Shown in pieces: positions 8,925 through 18,182 of a stretch of DNA of 64,000 nucleotides. Location of the stretch: positions 22,977-86,976 of the forward strand of contig CAYWPP010000004.1 in the NCBI GenBank assembly GCA_964460475.1, written 5' to 3'. The DNA comes from an uncultured Candidatus Peribacteria bacterium (GTDB taxonomy: Bacteria; Patescibacteriota; Gracilibacteria; Peribacterales; Peribacteraceae). Numbering within the stretch: position 1 is the stretch's first letter; the number at the start of each line of letters is the position of its first letter. The position numbers were made by a program, and so were the translations under genes. Below the pieces are notes generated by a model that saw only the letters and a list, made by a program, of their open reading frames with translations, did no database searches and was not told the origin of the DNA.

Positions 8925-9887
8925 TCACGATTCATTAGGAGCAGTATCTGCTCTCTTCAAGAGCTCCCGATGCATTCCCCCGACGAGCTCGTCGAGCGTT
9001 TCCACTCCTTCATTCGTGCACCAGAGCTGCATCTCGTCACAGATCTTCCGGAACACGTCGATCCCCCGCTCCCACACGGCCGTGCCGATGCCGATGAGGC
9101 TTGCGCCTGCAAGAATCAATTCGAGGGCATCTTCCCCCGTCGAAACGCCGCCCGTGCCGATGATGGGCAGCGCGCCGTCGGTCGCGGCATACACGTCGGC
9201 GATGCACTTCACCGCGAGAGGCTTGATCGCTTTGCCGGACAGGCCCCCGACCTTGTTCGCCAGAATCGGCATGCGGCTCCTCAGGTCGATCGCCATGCCG
9301 GGGCCGACCGTGTTGATGACCGTGAAGCCATCCGCGCCTTCCGCGGCGCACGCCTCGGCGATGGCGGCGATGCTGTCGACGTTCGGGGAGAGCTTGATGA
9401 AGACGGGAATCTTCTTGACGGCATTCTTCACCGCTTTCGTGACGGCGGCGGCATCGGGTGCCGAGCACGCGAAGGGCCGTCCGAATTCATCCTCCACATT
9501 CGGACAACTGATGTTCACTTCCAGAAAATCCGGCTTGAGCGCACTGATCTTCTCCGCGGTCTTTCCGAAGTTCTCGATCGATTCCGCGATGACGTTCGCG
9601 ATGAGCGGTACGGGTTTCTCGTTCATGTAGAGGCCGATCTCCTCCTTCGCTTTCTCCGGCCCCGCATCGGGCACCCCGACGGCATTGAGCGTCCACTCGG
9701 GCGTTGAGATGATGGTGGGATTGCGGTGGCCCTTATGCTCCTTGAGCCACAGGGACTTCGTGGTGATGCCTCCGGCACCGTTCTGCGCGACGAACTTCCA
9801 GCTGCTTGCGGTGATTCCCATGATGCCCGAGGCCAGGACCGTCGGATTTTTGAAGGTGACGCCGAGGACCTTTCGGGAGAGATTCAC
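8925..9887 (-). CDS. pyrD: dihydroorotate dehydrogenase class 1B catalytic subunit
   Basis: TIM-barrel DHODH motifs (EVNISCPN, GGLSGKAIKPLA, IIGTGGV). GTG start at 9887. Confidence 0.92.
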   Translation of the reverse strand: MNLSRKVLGVTFKNPTVLASGIMGITASSWKFVAQNGAGGITTKSLWLKEHKGHRNPTIISTPEWTLNAVGVPDAGPEKAKEEIGLYMNEKPVPLIANVIAESIENFGKTAEKISALKPDFLEVNISCPNVEDEFGRPFACSAPDAAAVTKAVKNAVKKIPVFIKLSPNVDSIAAIAEACAAEGADGFTVINTVGPGMAIDLRSRMPILANKVGGLSGKAIKPLAVKCIADVYAATDGALPIIGTGGVSTGEDALELILAGASLIGIGTAVWERGIDVFRKICDEMQLWCTNEGVETLDELVGGMHRELLKRADTAPNES

Positions 9888-9893
9888 GGTGAA

Positions 9894-9899
9894 ATGATA
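9894..9899 (-). promoter_or_regulatory. -10 hexamer TATCAT, 6 nt upstream of the pyrD GTG
   Basis: The minus strand reads CCTATCATTTCACC-GTG. Confidence 0.4.
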
Positions 9900-9920
9900 G
9901 GGAAGGGAGTGGGAGAGTGC

Positions 9921-9972
9921 TAGGGGGGTTAGGGATTAGAGACTAGGGACTAGGAATTAGGGATTAGGGAGG
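9921..9972. repeat. left arm of hairpin cassette 1 (heptad repeats GGGATTA GAGACTA GGGACTA GGAATTA GGGATTA)
   Basis: The terminal 19-mer TAGGGGGGTTAGGGATTAG (9921-9939) matches the reverse complement of 10482-10500 at 18/19 positions. Confidence 0.85.
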
Positions 9973-10347
9973 AGAAGAGGAGGGAGAACGGACGTTGTGC
10001 TTACTCACACGTATCAGGCCGGAGAGCATTTTTCCCGTTTCATCCGTGGAACGAAGCAAGGGCCTGGCCTCTTCCTTTCCGGCAAGTTGCAATCTCAAAG
10101 CAATAAGGAGGAGCGCCTTCAGTTCGGTACATTCACCTCTCGCAATCGTGTAGACACGTGCTTTGTCACGATACGTAAATCTTCCGAAGCCTTCAGCGAT
10201 GTTCGCGACAATGCTCACCGCTGATCTTCTCATCTGCGATGTAAGTCCAAAACGCTCATCGGGTGGAAATTTTTTTTTGAGAGCATAGATTCCCTCGACT
10301 ACATTCATTGCCATACGCCACACATGGAGATCTTCAAATGAGGCCAT
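9964..10347 (-). CDS. four-helix-bundle protein (23S rRNA intervening-sequence protein family)
   Basis: Family hallmarks FEDLHVWRMAMNVV, FGLTSQMRRSAVSIVANIAEGFGR and ARGECTELK. The 3' end runs into the repeat arm. Confidence 0.9.
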   Translation of the reverse strand: MASFEDLHVWRMAMNVVEGIYALKKKFPPDERFGLTSQMRRSAVSIVANIAEGFGRFTYRDKARVYTIARGECTELKALLLIALRLQLAGKEEARPLLRSTDETGKMLSGLIRVSKHNVRSPSSSPP

Positions 10348-10353
10348 AGGGAG

Positions 10354-10359
10354 ATACTA
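10354..10359 (-). promoter_or_regulatory. -10 hexamer TAGTAT, 6 nt upstream of ATG 10347
   Basis: The minus strand reads TTGTAGTATCTCCCT-ATG. Confidence 0.4.
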
Positions 10360-10431
10360 CAAAAAATCGACCGATCCACATGCTTTCCTACGCCGGTGTA
10401 ATGCATTTCCATCCTCACAAAACCCCACATA

Positions 10432-10505
10432 CCTAGTCTCTACTCTCTCATCCCTAGTATCTAATCTCTCATCCCTAACATCTAATCCCTACCCCCCCTA
10501 AACCG
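10432..10505. repeat. right arm of hairpin cassette 1 (inverted heptad repeats)
   Basis: CCTAGTCTC...CTAATCTCTCATCCCTAACATCTAATCCCTACCCCCCCTA is the reverse-complement flavour of the left arm. Confidence 0.85.
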
Positions 10506-10589
10506 CCCTCTGCTAAGGTGTCACATCCTTAACTGACCGTCTCCGGCAAACAAGAAAAGAAATGGCGAAGGAAAACGGACGTATGTATC

Positions 10590-11888
10590 ATGACAGAAAT
10601 GCTCAGGAGGACATTCTTCGCCGCCATACTCACGATTGTTGCACTCTGCGTGCTGACGGCTGGAGTGCTCCGTCTTTTTACCCGTGATTCCGATGGAGGA
10701 ACATCGGCATTCGTCGGCTCTCTCCTGTTCCGTCCTGATCCGGGGAAAATGTCCGGACATGCATTCGTGGTTGCCTCTCTTGCGCGGGATGATCAATTGG
10801 ATCTTCTTTCGGAGGAGCATGGCATTGTTAAATGTCCGGCTTTTCTGCAGGAGGGATATCGATGGAGTACTCCGCAAGACATTCTTGAAGAAGGCATGCG
10901 TTTGTACGAGTTCAGCGAAAACTACACGGAAAAAAGCGGGGTATGGACAGGAAAGCGATATGGATACGGAGAGCCTTCGCAACAGACCATTTCGCGCTTT
11001 CAACCGGGAAAAACCTACTATGTGTCAGGAGCTGCCGGTTCTTCCTTCAATTGCCAGACCGAAGATAACGAATCGGGCGGCTCTTCATCGTCTCTCTCAT
11101 CACCCTCTTCATCTTCCTCTTCCTCTTCCCACTCTTCATCGACTCCTTCTTCTCCACCACCATTGTCAACGGAATGCATCATTGTGTCCGCCGCTTCCGA
11201 CGACGGGAAAATGCCTCCGCTCTTCACCGATATCCCCTGCGAGAACCAAGCGATAAGCGGTACGCAATTTTCCTTCCAATTCACAAGCGAAAACGCGGGC
11301 GGCGAAGAAGTCGCATTCCACGTCTTTCCCCTCGATCCGTTTCTTGACGTAAACAAAGACGGATATGTGACGATAGCCGATATACGATTCATCTTTTCAC
11401 GCATAAACATACCTGGTGCATACCATCCTGCCGCCGATCTCAATATCGAAGGACCTGACGGGTACATTTCGCCCATTGATGCATTGATATGGAGTAACTA
11501 TGCACGCAGCGCTCTTCCGACAGGCATGGTGCTGCATCCCTCTTCAGGCCTTCTGACATGGACACCCACCACCGAACAAGAAGGCACACACTATGTTGCC
11601 GTCAATATGTACACTCCCGCTCCGGATTATCGCAGTCCGTATTCCTCGGCGGTAATCAGGATTGCCGTCGCGGAAAATGACGGTACAACGATTCCGCCGG
11701 CATCATCGTCGTCTTCGTCTTTCTCACTCTCCTCCTTCTCCTCGTCTTTCTCCTCTTCCTCCTCAGCACCGGCTCTCTGTGGAAACGGAATGATCGAAGC
11801 GGGCGAGGAATGCGATGACGGAAACGCCGTCGACGGAGACGGCTGTTTCTCCACCTGCGTTTTCATGTTGCCTCCCACGCAACCATGA
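10590..11888 (+). CDS. secreted or anchored multidomain protein: novel Cys-bounded N-domain, Ser-rich linkers, dockerin-like and He_PIG/Ig-like segments, C-terminal Myxococcus-type Cys-rich repeat
   Basis: N-terminal signal anchor. Poly-Ser linkers. DVNKDGYVTIADIRFIF (dockerin/EF-hand-like). LPTGMVLHPSSGLLTWTPT (putative Ig). CGNGMIEAGEECDDGNAVDGDGC (Cys-rich repeat). ATGA overlap with the next gene. Confidence 0.7.
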   Translation: MTEMLRRTFFAAILTIVALCVLTAGVLRLFTRDSDGGTSAFVGSLLFRPDPGKMSGHAFVVASLARDDQLDLLSEEHGIVKCPAFLQEGYRWSTPQDILEEGMRLYEFSENYTEKSGVWTGKRYGYGEPSQQTISRFQPGKTYYVSGAAGSSFNCQTEDNESGGSSSSLSSPSSSSSSSSHSSSTPSSPPPLSTECIIVSAASDDGKMPPLFTDIPCENQAISGTQFSFQFTSENAGGEEVAFHVFPLDPFLDVNKDGYVTIADIRFIFSRINIPGAYHPAADLNIEGPDGYISPIDALIWSNYARSALPTGMVLHPSSGLLTWTPTTEQEGTHYVAVNMYTPAPDYRSPYSSAVIRIAVAENDGTTIPPASSSSSSFSLSSFSSSFSSSSSAPALCGNGMIEAGEECDDGNAVDGDGCFSTCVFMLPPTQP

Positions 11889-14800
11889 TGTCCACGCAAG
11901 TCCGCTCCCGGCTGCCTTTCATTGTCATATCGATCGCCATCGGACTGACAATCTTGCTTGCATTGAGCGTGTTCCCACAACAGGGAACGAATATTCTCGG
12001 CACCCTCACCGCTCCTCCAAATCCGCATATCGTACGCACCGTAAACAACGAAAACTTCCTGCCAAACATGGTGCTGTCACACGGAGAAAGTCGCTATATT
12101 CCCAAGAATATTCATACGTTTATCACATGTCCCGCCTCGCCGTTGCCACCCGGATACCGTTGGAGCACTCCGCAAGAATATGCGTCATCGCATCTTCTCA
12201 TGTATGAATTTTCTCCGGATGCCGATCAGGAAAAAAGCATAATGAATCAGGATTGGCCCGGTTTGCGCTACGGCTACGCGTCTTTCGAAGATACGCTCGG
12301 TTCGTTGCGGTCTGACCGCACATACTACGTATATGCATCGGAAGAAATCTTCTCTTTCCAGTGCAGCAGGCAAGTGAATGACTCGTGTACGAACATCTAT
12401 TTCGCAGATGCATTGAATAACGCTCTGCATGTGATTGGTACCGATGGAATCACGGTGCAAGACATCCCTCTGGAAATACCCGCGACGGAAAGACTCTCAG
12501 CGAGCGCCGTCGATTTGGAACGGAATACTCTGTATTGGGGCCATAAGAACACGGTATACAAATCTTCATTACTCACAGGAGAGACTGCATTCGTAGCATT
12601 ATTGCCAAACGCCGCTGTCATCAGGGAAATACATGCGGACCCGCGCCTTGATATGCTGCATATCCATGCAGCGGAAGTCGATCCGAGCGGAAGTCCAACC
12701 GGCAATGAATTGGCATACGAAATACGGAATGCATCCGCGTCTGCAACTGCACATGAAATGGGACAAGGCTTCCGCGCGGTTGATGCAAAAAACCGCATCG
12801 GTTACATGCTGACAAAAAATGCCAATAGCATGGAACTGCGGGCCGTGCACTTGGATACATTTACCGAGAACGTTCTTTACTCTTTAAGCGAGACAACCGG
12901 TCTGACCGTGCAGAGGGTCGCGGCATCGGAAGGAAAAGTGTATTGGCTCAACGTGCCGCTTATCGAGCCTTCGGCATTAAAGCCCACATTTTGGCGCATG
13001 GATAGTGAAGGAGGTGATCCGGAACAATTGTTTGCAATTCATTCCCCGAAAAATGCCATTCGTTCCTTCACGACGGACGGCATCAACGAAAAAGTGTACT
13101 GGACTCAACAACAGTCGAATATCTCTCGAGTATACCGTGCGAACATGGACGGCTCGGAAGCGGAACAAGTCTTTTCGGGACAATCGTGGATCTTCTCGGT
13201 TCAGGCGATCGACTCTTGTTGGTCTTCTGCCGTCAACCCCGTTGTGCATGCCGACGAAATATGGGCAAGATTTAGCGGAACGACGATAATGCTGGGCTCG
13301 GCATCGGATCCTTCGATGAGGAAGTATGATTTCTCGGATCTTATGGGCGGATTTGCGGTGAAAGAGTTGACCATTGATACGTTGAATCAACGCATGTTCT
13401 GGCTTTCGGAAAATGATTATCTCTTCGGAGCATATCTGGACGGTTCCGACGCCTTTGTCATAAGCCACGGCCCGTTGATTCAAGAAACATCGATCACGGT
13501 AGATCCGGTCGGCAAGCGACTGTACTCTACTCAAAGAGATACACGCATCGTAAGCAGGGCATACGATGCAACCGAATTCCGTGTCGAGTATGAAACGGGC
13601 AATGCTCTTCTTTTTGTTTCCGAACTCGTCGCTGACGGACCGGGTCGTAAGATATTTTTCATCGAAGCACTCCCTCCTCCGGGTAGGCAGGAAGCAATTG
13701 GCATTCTGGATTTGAACGGAGGAAGCAAGCGTACGCTTCCCGGATCGGCATCCAACTTCCCCCTCTCTTACTTGACCGTCGATAGTGAGGAGGAAAGGCT
13801 CTATTGGAAGAACGGAAGACTTGCAACGTATGTGGATCTTGCGACTGAATCACCGATAGAAACTCTGGATATTCCGGACGGAGCGGCCTTTGCCGTTCGT
13901 GGCGATCTTTTCCATTGGCTGGACTGGCATTATCGCCTGTGGCAGGGAAAAATCCTTGCCGGAAAGGTTCTAGAAAGAATAATGGTGCTCGACGAATCGT
14001 TTGCACGATTCCCTGCCGTGGCTATAGGCCAAGTACAACATGTGTCAAGGAGTACGGAATTATCGGTCGAACTGTCAGCTCCGGACTTCACCGTTCCGAC
14101 ACGATCCGATGAGTACAGGATAATACTGAAGAATACGGGGGACTACGTTGCGCTGAATCCGAAAATCACCTTGGAAATTCCCGATACAGTTACCCCAATC
14201 AACCCGTGTCCATCGACACAGAATGCTCAGGGGAGAACGCAGATGACTTGCGACCTATCGATCCTCGGCGCCCAGCAGGAATCAGTGATCACATTCATAA
14301 TGAATGCATCGGCCGACACGTCCTGTGATTCCCCTCTCTCTTTCCTTCTTCGTGCCGAAGCCGACAATGCCACGACTCAATCTTCGGTCGTGGAAGTTCC
14401 AATGGAATGCCAGCAACTGGAACTTGCCGTGAACGGTCCATCTCAACTGACTCACGAAACAAACATTTTGTATTCTTTCTCGCTCAGGAATAACGGACCG
14501 AAAACGACAAATGAGACTCGCGTCGTCAACTACATTCCGGATCAACTTGAATTCCTTCCGGAAGAAAGTGCTGCGGAATGCGTCGTCGGATCTTTAGCTG
14601 GAAGCAGGGTTCTGACATGCACTTATGACAGTCTTTCACCTCTTGAGCAAATCACGAGCGTGCTGCATTTTCGGGTGCGTTATCATCGCGATGTGTATCC
14701 ATGCGGGGAAATACAGAATCCTTTCGTGGCCGAAGCGGCAGATGCCCCTCCCGTGGAATCGGTGCATATCACGAATCTTCTCTGTCCGGCGGAACCTGAT

Positions 14801-15220
14801 TTGCGTATCAGCGCATTTCAAGGACCTGCACTGCAAGGTCTCAACCAACTCGAAACATATTCTTACACCATCGAAAACAGGGGCGGCAGAGTTGCGAACA
14901 ATGTAATCGTGTCCGTTTCCTATCCTGCTGACGGCGTTACAAGAGTGCTGCCTGCTCATTGCAAAGGAGTGAACTGGATGGGACAGGGTCCTCGCAAAAT
15001 TGAGTGCACGATCGGCGATGTGTTTCCGGCTCAACCCAGAAGCGGTACCATCGAATTTGAACTGCTCTACTGTGCCTCGCCTTGGAACAATAGTTCAGTG
15101 TTTCCCTTGCACATACAGGTAGCTTCGGATGAAGCGTACCCATTGCAGGGTGTATCAACTCGCAGAATTCATGATGGAAGACAACTATCGGGGACTGAGT
15201 GGGTATGCAATGGGCAATAG
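11885..15220 (+). CDS. large secreted protein: paralogous N-domain, YWTD-like beta-propeller repeats, C-terminal DUF11-type repeats
   Basis: Eight spaced [KR]x[YF]W-type motifs (TLYWGH, KVYWLN, KVYWTQ, RMFWLS, RLYSTQ, KIFFIE, RLYWKN, LFHWLD). Three repeats of the YxxxLxNxGxxxxxN type (DUF11-like). Signal anchor at the N-terminus. Confidence 0.75.
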   Translation: MMSTQVRSRLPFIVISIAIGLTILLALSVFPQQGTNILGTLTAPPNPHIVRTVNNENFLPNMVLSHGESRYIPKNIHTFITCPASPLPPGYRWSTPQEYASSHLLMYEFSPDADQEKSIMNQDWPGLRYGYASFEDTLGSLRSDRTYYVYASEEIFSFQCSRQVNDSCTNIYFADALNNALHVIGTDGITVQDIPLEIPATERLSASAVDLERNTLYWGHKNTVYKSSLLTGETAFVALLPNAAVIREIHADPRLDMLHIHAAEVDPSGSPTGNELAYEIRNASASATAHEMGQGFRAVDAKNRIGYMLTKNANSMELRAVHLDTFTENVLYSLSETTGLTVQRVAASEGKVYWLNVPLIEPSALKPTFWRMDSEGGDPEQLFAIHSPKNAIRSFTTDGINEKVYWTQQQSNISRVYRANMDGSEAEQVFSGQSWIFSVQAIDSCWSSAVNPVVHADEIWARFSGTTIMLGSASDPSMRKYDFSDLMGGFAVKELTIDTLNQRMFWLSENDYLFGAYLDGSDAFVISHGPLIQETSITVDPVGKRLYSTQRDTRIVSRAYDATEFRVEYETGNALLFVSELVADGPGRKIFFIEALPPPGRQEAIGILDLNGGSKRTLPGSASNFPLSYLTVDSEEERLYWKNGRLATYVDLATESPIETLDIPDGAAFAVRGDLFHWLDWHYRLWQGKILAGKVLERIMVLDESFARFPAVAIGQVQHVSRSTELSVELSAPDFTVPTRSDEYRIILKNTGDYVALNPKITLEIPDTVTPINPCPSTQNAQGRTQMTCDLSILGAQQESVITFIMNASADTSCDSPLSFLLRAEADNATTQSSVVEVPMECQQLELAVNGPSQLTHETNILYSFSLRNNGPKTTNETRVVNYIPDQLEFLPEESAAECVVGSLAGSRVLTCTYDSLSPLEQITSVLHFRVRYHRDVYPCGEIQNPFVAEAADAPPVESVHITNLLCPAEPDLRISAFQGPALQGLNQLETYSYTIENRGGRVANNVIVSVSYPADGVTRVLPAHCKGVNWMGQGPRKIECTIGDVFPAQPRSGTIEFELLYCASPWNNSSVFPLHIQVASDEAYPLQGVSTRRIHDGRQLSGTEWVCNGQ

Positions 15221-15251
15221 CAAAGCAGACCTCCGATTTGAGATCGCCCTC

Positions 15252-16112
15252 TTACACATCCCTTTGCTTCGGAAAGAGCCTGTCCCTCCGCAAGAACACG
15301 ACCGCAGAGAGAATCACTCCATAGAGCAGCAGACGAACGGGGCCGAGAATGTCGGGCGGCAGATCGACGAACCGGAGTCCTTCACGCAGGAAGACGAGCA
15401 CGATCGTGGAAACCGTGACCCCGAGCACGCGCCCCGGACCTCCGGCAAGGACGCACATGATGAAGAAAATCATCACCGGAAAGTTGTAATTGCCCGGACT
15501 GAGCAGGTGAATGTACGGCGGAAAGAGAATCGCGGAGACCACGGAGCCGAATCCGGCGATGAGAAAGGCAATCGTATGGAGTTTCCTGCGGGAGACGCCG
15601 AGTGATTCCGCATGCCACTCGTGCTCGGAGAGCGCCGCCATGCCGCGGCCGAACGAACTGCGATCAAGAAGGACAAGCGCGGTGATCCACAGGAGAACGA
15701 GAACGATGACGAGGGCTGCAAACGCCTCCGTACTTGCGGGGAGGAAAAGCCGGGGCACCCGCGGAATGCCGAGTGCACCGCGCGTGACGGACTGCCAGTT
15801 CAAGACGACGGCGAGCACGGCAAGGTGTACGGCGATGGAGAGCACGCCGAGGCCGTCGGGGTCCAGCCGGAACGAGAGCCACGCGAAGAAGAGCGCGCAG
15901 AGCGCAGTCGCGGCTATGCAGAGCGCGAGAGACGGAATGAACGCGTACCCGTAACGCATGAGCGGCACCCAGAGCGCGTACGCCGCGATGATCGAAAACG
16001 CCTCCTGTCCGAAGTGCAGGATTTTCCCTTTTCCGAAGACGACGTTGTACCCGAGCACCGGGAACAGCGTGATGCCCGCCAGAATCGTGGTGTGCAGGAG
16101 AAACTGCGTCAT
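15252..16112 (-). CDS. livM: branched-chain amino acid ABC transporter permease
   Basis: Starts at MTQFLLHTTILAGITLF (ATG 16112, ATGA overlap with livH). LivM-type multi-TM protein. Confidence 0.85.
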   Translation of the reverse strand: MTQFLLHTTILAGITLFPVLGYNVVFGKGKILHFGQEAFSIIAAYALWVPLMRYGYAFIPSLALCIAATALCALFFAWLSFRLDPDGLGVLSIAVHLAVLAVVLNWQSVTRGALGIPRVPRLFLPASTEAFAALVIVLVLLWITALVLLDRSSFGRGMAALSEHEWHAESLGVSRRKLHTIAFLIAGFGSVVSAILFPPYIHLLSPGNYNFPVMIFFIMCVLAGGPGRVLGVTVSTIVLVFLREGLRFVDLPPDILGPVRLLLYGVILSAVVFLRRDRLFPKQRDV

Positions 16113-16987
16113 GCGGTACGGGAGGATGATGCGAACATGCCGGCAGGTTTCAGGAGCAGGAAGAAGATAATGAAGAGGAGCGCGACGGTATTCTGGTATC
16201 CCGCAGGCACGTAGAACAGCCGGAACCAGTGAATGCCGATGACAAGTTGCTCCAGAAGGGCGATCAGGTAGGCGGCGGCGATGGCTCCCCAGAAGTTCCC
16301 CTTCCCTCCCGCGATGATCGCCGCGTATGCCTTGATGGTAATGGAGAACGCGAGCGTCGGTGTCAGGCTCTGATCGATGCCGATGAAGATGCCGCCGCAC
16401 GCCGCAAGCACACCGCTCAGAATGAAGATGATGCGATGGAGCATCGGCGCGTGGATACCGAGGCTCATGGCCGCGTGATCGTGCTGCACGACTGCACGGA
16501 TACGGCGTCCGAGGAACGTGGAGTGCAGAACGTACGCGAAGAGGACGAGCAGCAACAGCGTGAAACCGATCAGTGCGATCTGTTCGGAAGAGATGCGCGC
16601 GCCGAGAAGAGTCATCGTCTGCTTCGTTCCGGACAGAATGCCGCGGGGACGTTCTTCAAAGAGGAGCAGAATAACCGCATCGAGGATCATGCTGAGTGCG
16701 ATCGTCGTGACGAGCGGCAAGAAGCGGTGGTGCTTGTAGAACGGACGAATGAAGAATTCAAACGTCATCCATGCGATGAGTGCACCCGTCACAAGTCCGC
16801 CGAGAAGACTCAGGGCGAACGGAAGCTCGAGGACGCTTGCGAGCCACCACGTCGCGTAGCCGCCGATGAGCACCATCTGGCCAAGCGCGAGGTTAAAGAC
16901 GCCGAGGGTGCCATACACCAACGACAGGCCCCCCGCGATCAGAGCCGCAAGGGAGCCTGCGATGAGCGCATTTGCGAGGAGCTGCAT
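16109..16987 (-). CDS. livH: branched-chain amino acid ABC transporter permease
   Basis: MQLLANALIAGSLAALIAGGLSLVYGTLGVFNLALGQ is a typical LivH N-terminus. Multi-TM protein. Confidence 0.9.
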   Translation of the reverse strand: MQLLANALIAGSLAALIAGGLSLVYGTLGVFNLALGQMVLIGGYATWWLASVLELPFALSLLGGLVTGALIAWMTFEFFIRPFYKHHRFLPLVTTIALSMILDAVILLLFEERPRGILSGTKQTMTLLGARISSEQIALIGFTLLLLVLFAYVLHSTFLGRRIRAVVQHDHAAMSLGIHAPMLHRIIFILSGVLAACGGIFIGIDQSLTPTLAFSITIKAYAAIIAGGKGNFWGAIAAAYLIALLEQLVIGIHWFRLFYVPAGYQNTVALLFIIFFLLLKPAGMFASSSRTA

Positions 16988-16992
16988 CCCGT

Positions 16993-18147
16993 TCAGTCTA
17001 CGTCAATATCCCGGAGCGTCACGAATGCACCGTCCTGTACCTCCTTGAGTACGTACGGAATACCGACGACGTCCCCGTTCTCATCAAACCGGAACGAACC
17101 GACGACGCCGTCGTATTCCGGAAGCGCGTACAGGGCATCGCGGATGGCCGTGCCGTTCGTCCCGACGTCCTCCATGACCTGAGCGAGCACGTTCATCGCA
17201 TCGTATGCGTGAGCCGCAAAGGCGAGCGCCTGCTGCGGTGTTCCGTAGGCCGCCGTGAACGCGGTTTCGAAGGAGCCTCCCTCGCCCGCCGACGGAACGT
17301 TGATCACGCGCAGTCCCTCCACGGCCTCTCCCGCGATGGAAATGAGGTCGAGCGAATCGGCGACGTCATGGCTGATTGCCGGCTGCGTGAATCCCTGCTC
17401 GCGGAACTGCTGCATCATCGCCGCGATGGTCGCCGGTGCCTGCCCGTTCGGGAAGAAGATATCGAACTCGGCATCCTGCAACCGCGTGAGAAGGGTTCGG
17501 AAATCCTTGGTGCCGGGCTCCACGACTTCATCAAGCACGAGTGCGTCGTCGCCGAGCGTTTCGCGAAGTGCATCGCGGAACGCGACCGCGAAATCCGTGT
17601 TCTCCGTGATCACGGCGACGGTTGCGATGCCCTCATCCTCGAAGTGCCTGCCCATGGCTACGGTCTTGAGCGCGTCGCTGGGGTAGTCACGGAAGATGAA
17701 GTCGCCGGCGTCGGTCACGTCGGGACTGCTGGAAAGCGGCGAGATCATCACGACCTCCGCCGCATCGGCGATGGGAGCGGCTGCAAGCGTTTCGCCGCTG
17801 CACTGTCCGCCGATGATCGCCACCACGCTATCGACATTCACGAGCTTCTGTGCGGCGCTCGCGGCGTCCGTTCCCGTGCAGCGCGCATCTTCGGAGATGA
17901 TGCGGATCATGCGGCCGTCGATGCCGCCGGCGTCGTTGATTTCCTGCGCAGCGAGCAGGACGCCGTTGAGCGTATCGATGCCGTAGGCGGCGGCGTCTCC
18001 GGTCAACGGGCCGATGTAGCCGATGGCGATGTCATCATCGACAGACGGTTCCGCGGCCTGCTGGCACGCCGCAAGGAACAGAGAAGAGAGGAGGAACAGC
18101 GAGAGCTTCTTCATAGGAAGGATGAGGAAGAGAGTGAGAAATCTCAT
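16993..18147 (-). CDS. ABC transporter substrate-binding lipoprotein (LivJ/LivK-like, type I periplasmic binding fold)
   Basis: Lipobox LFLAAC. IGYIGPLTGDAAAYG and EINDAGGIDGR are typical of Leu/Ile/Val-binding proteins. Alternative start at 18114 (MKKLSLF). Confidence 0.85.
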   Translation of the reverse strand: MRFLTLFLILPMKKLSLFLLSSLFLAACQQAAEPSVDDDIAIGYIGPLTGDAAAYGIDTLNGVLLAAQEINDAGGIDGRMIRIISEDARCTGTDAASAAQKLVNVDSVVAIIGGQCSGETLAAAPIADAAEVVMISPLSSSPDVTDAGDFIFRDYPSDALKTVAMGRHFEDEGIATVAVITENTDFAVAFRDALRETLGDDALVLDEVVEPGTKDFRTLLTRLQDAEFDIFFPNGQAPATIAAMMQQFREQGFTQPAISHDVADSLDLISIAGEAVEGLRVINVPSAGEGGSFETAFTAAYGTPQQALAFAAHAYDAMNVLAQVMEDVGTNGTAIRDALYALPEYDGVVGSFRFDENGDVVGIPYVLKEVQDGAFVTLRDIDVD

Positions 18148-18182
18148 GCATCATCCAATAATCCTGCCAGAGGCGCAAGTTT

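Noticed and set aside
9964-10347. rRNA operon or 23S intervening sequence around the four-helix-bundle genes
   Set aside because: The flanking sequence is protein-coding (pyrD, livG, pyrG). I see no 23S-like conserved stretches, so the family name does not imply an rRNA here.
8806-10505. CRISPR array as an explanation for the repeat blocks (also 26595, 44735, 61551)
   Set aside because: The repeat units are only 7-8 nt, degenerate and contiguous, without spacers. They are arranged as inverted arms, and no cas genes are present.
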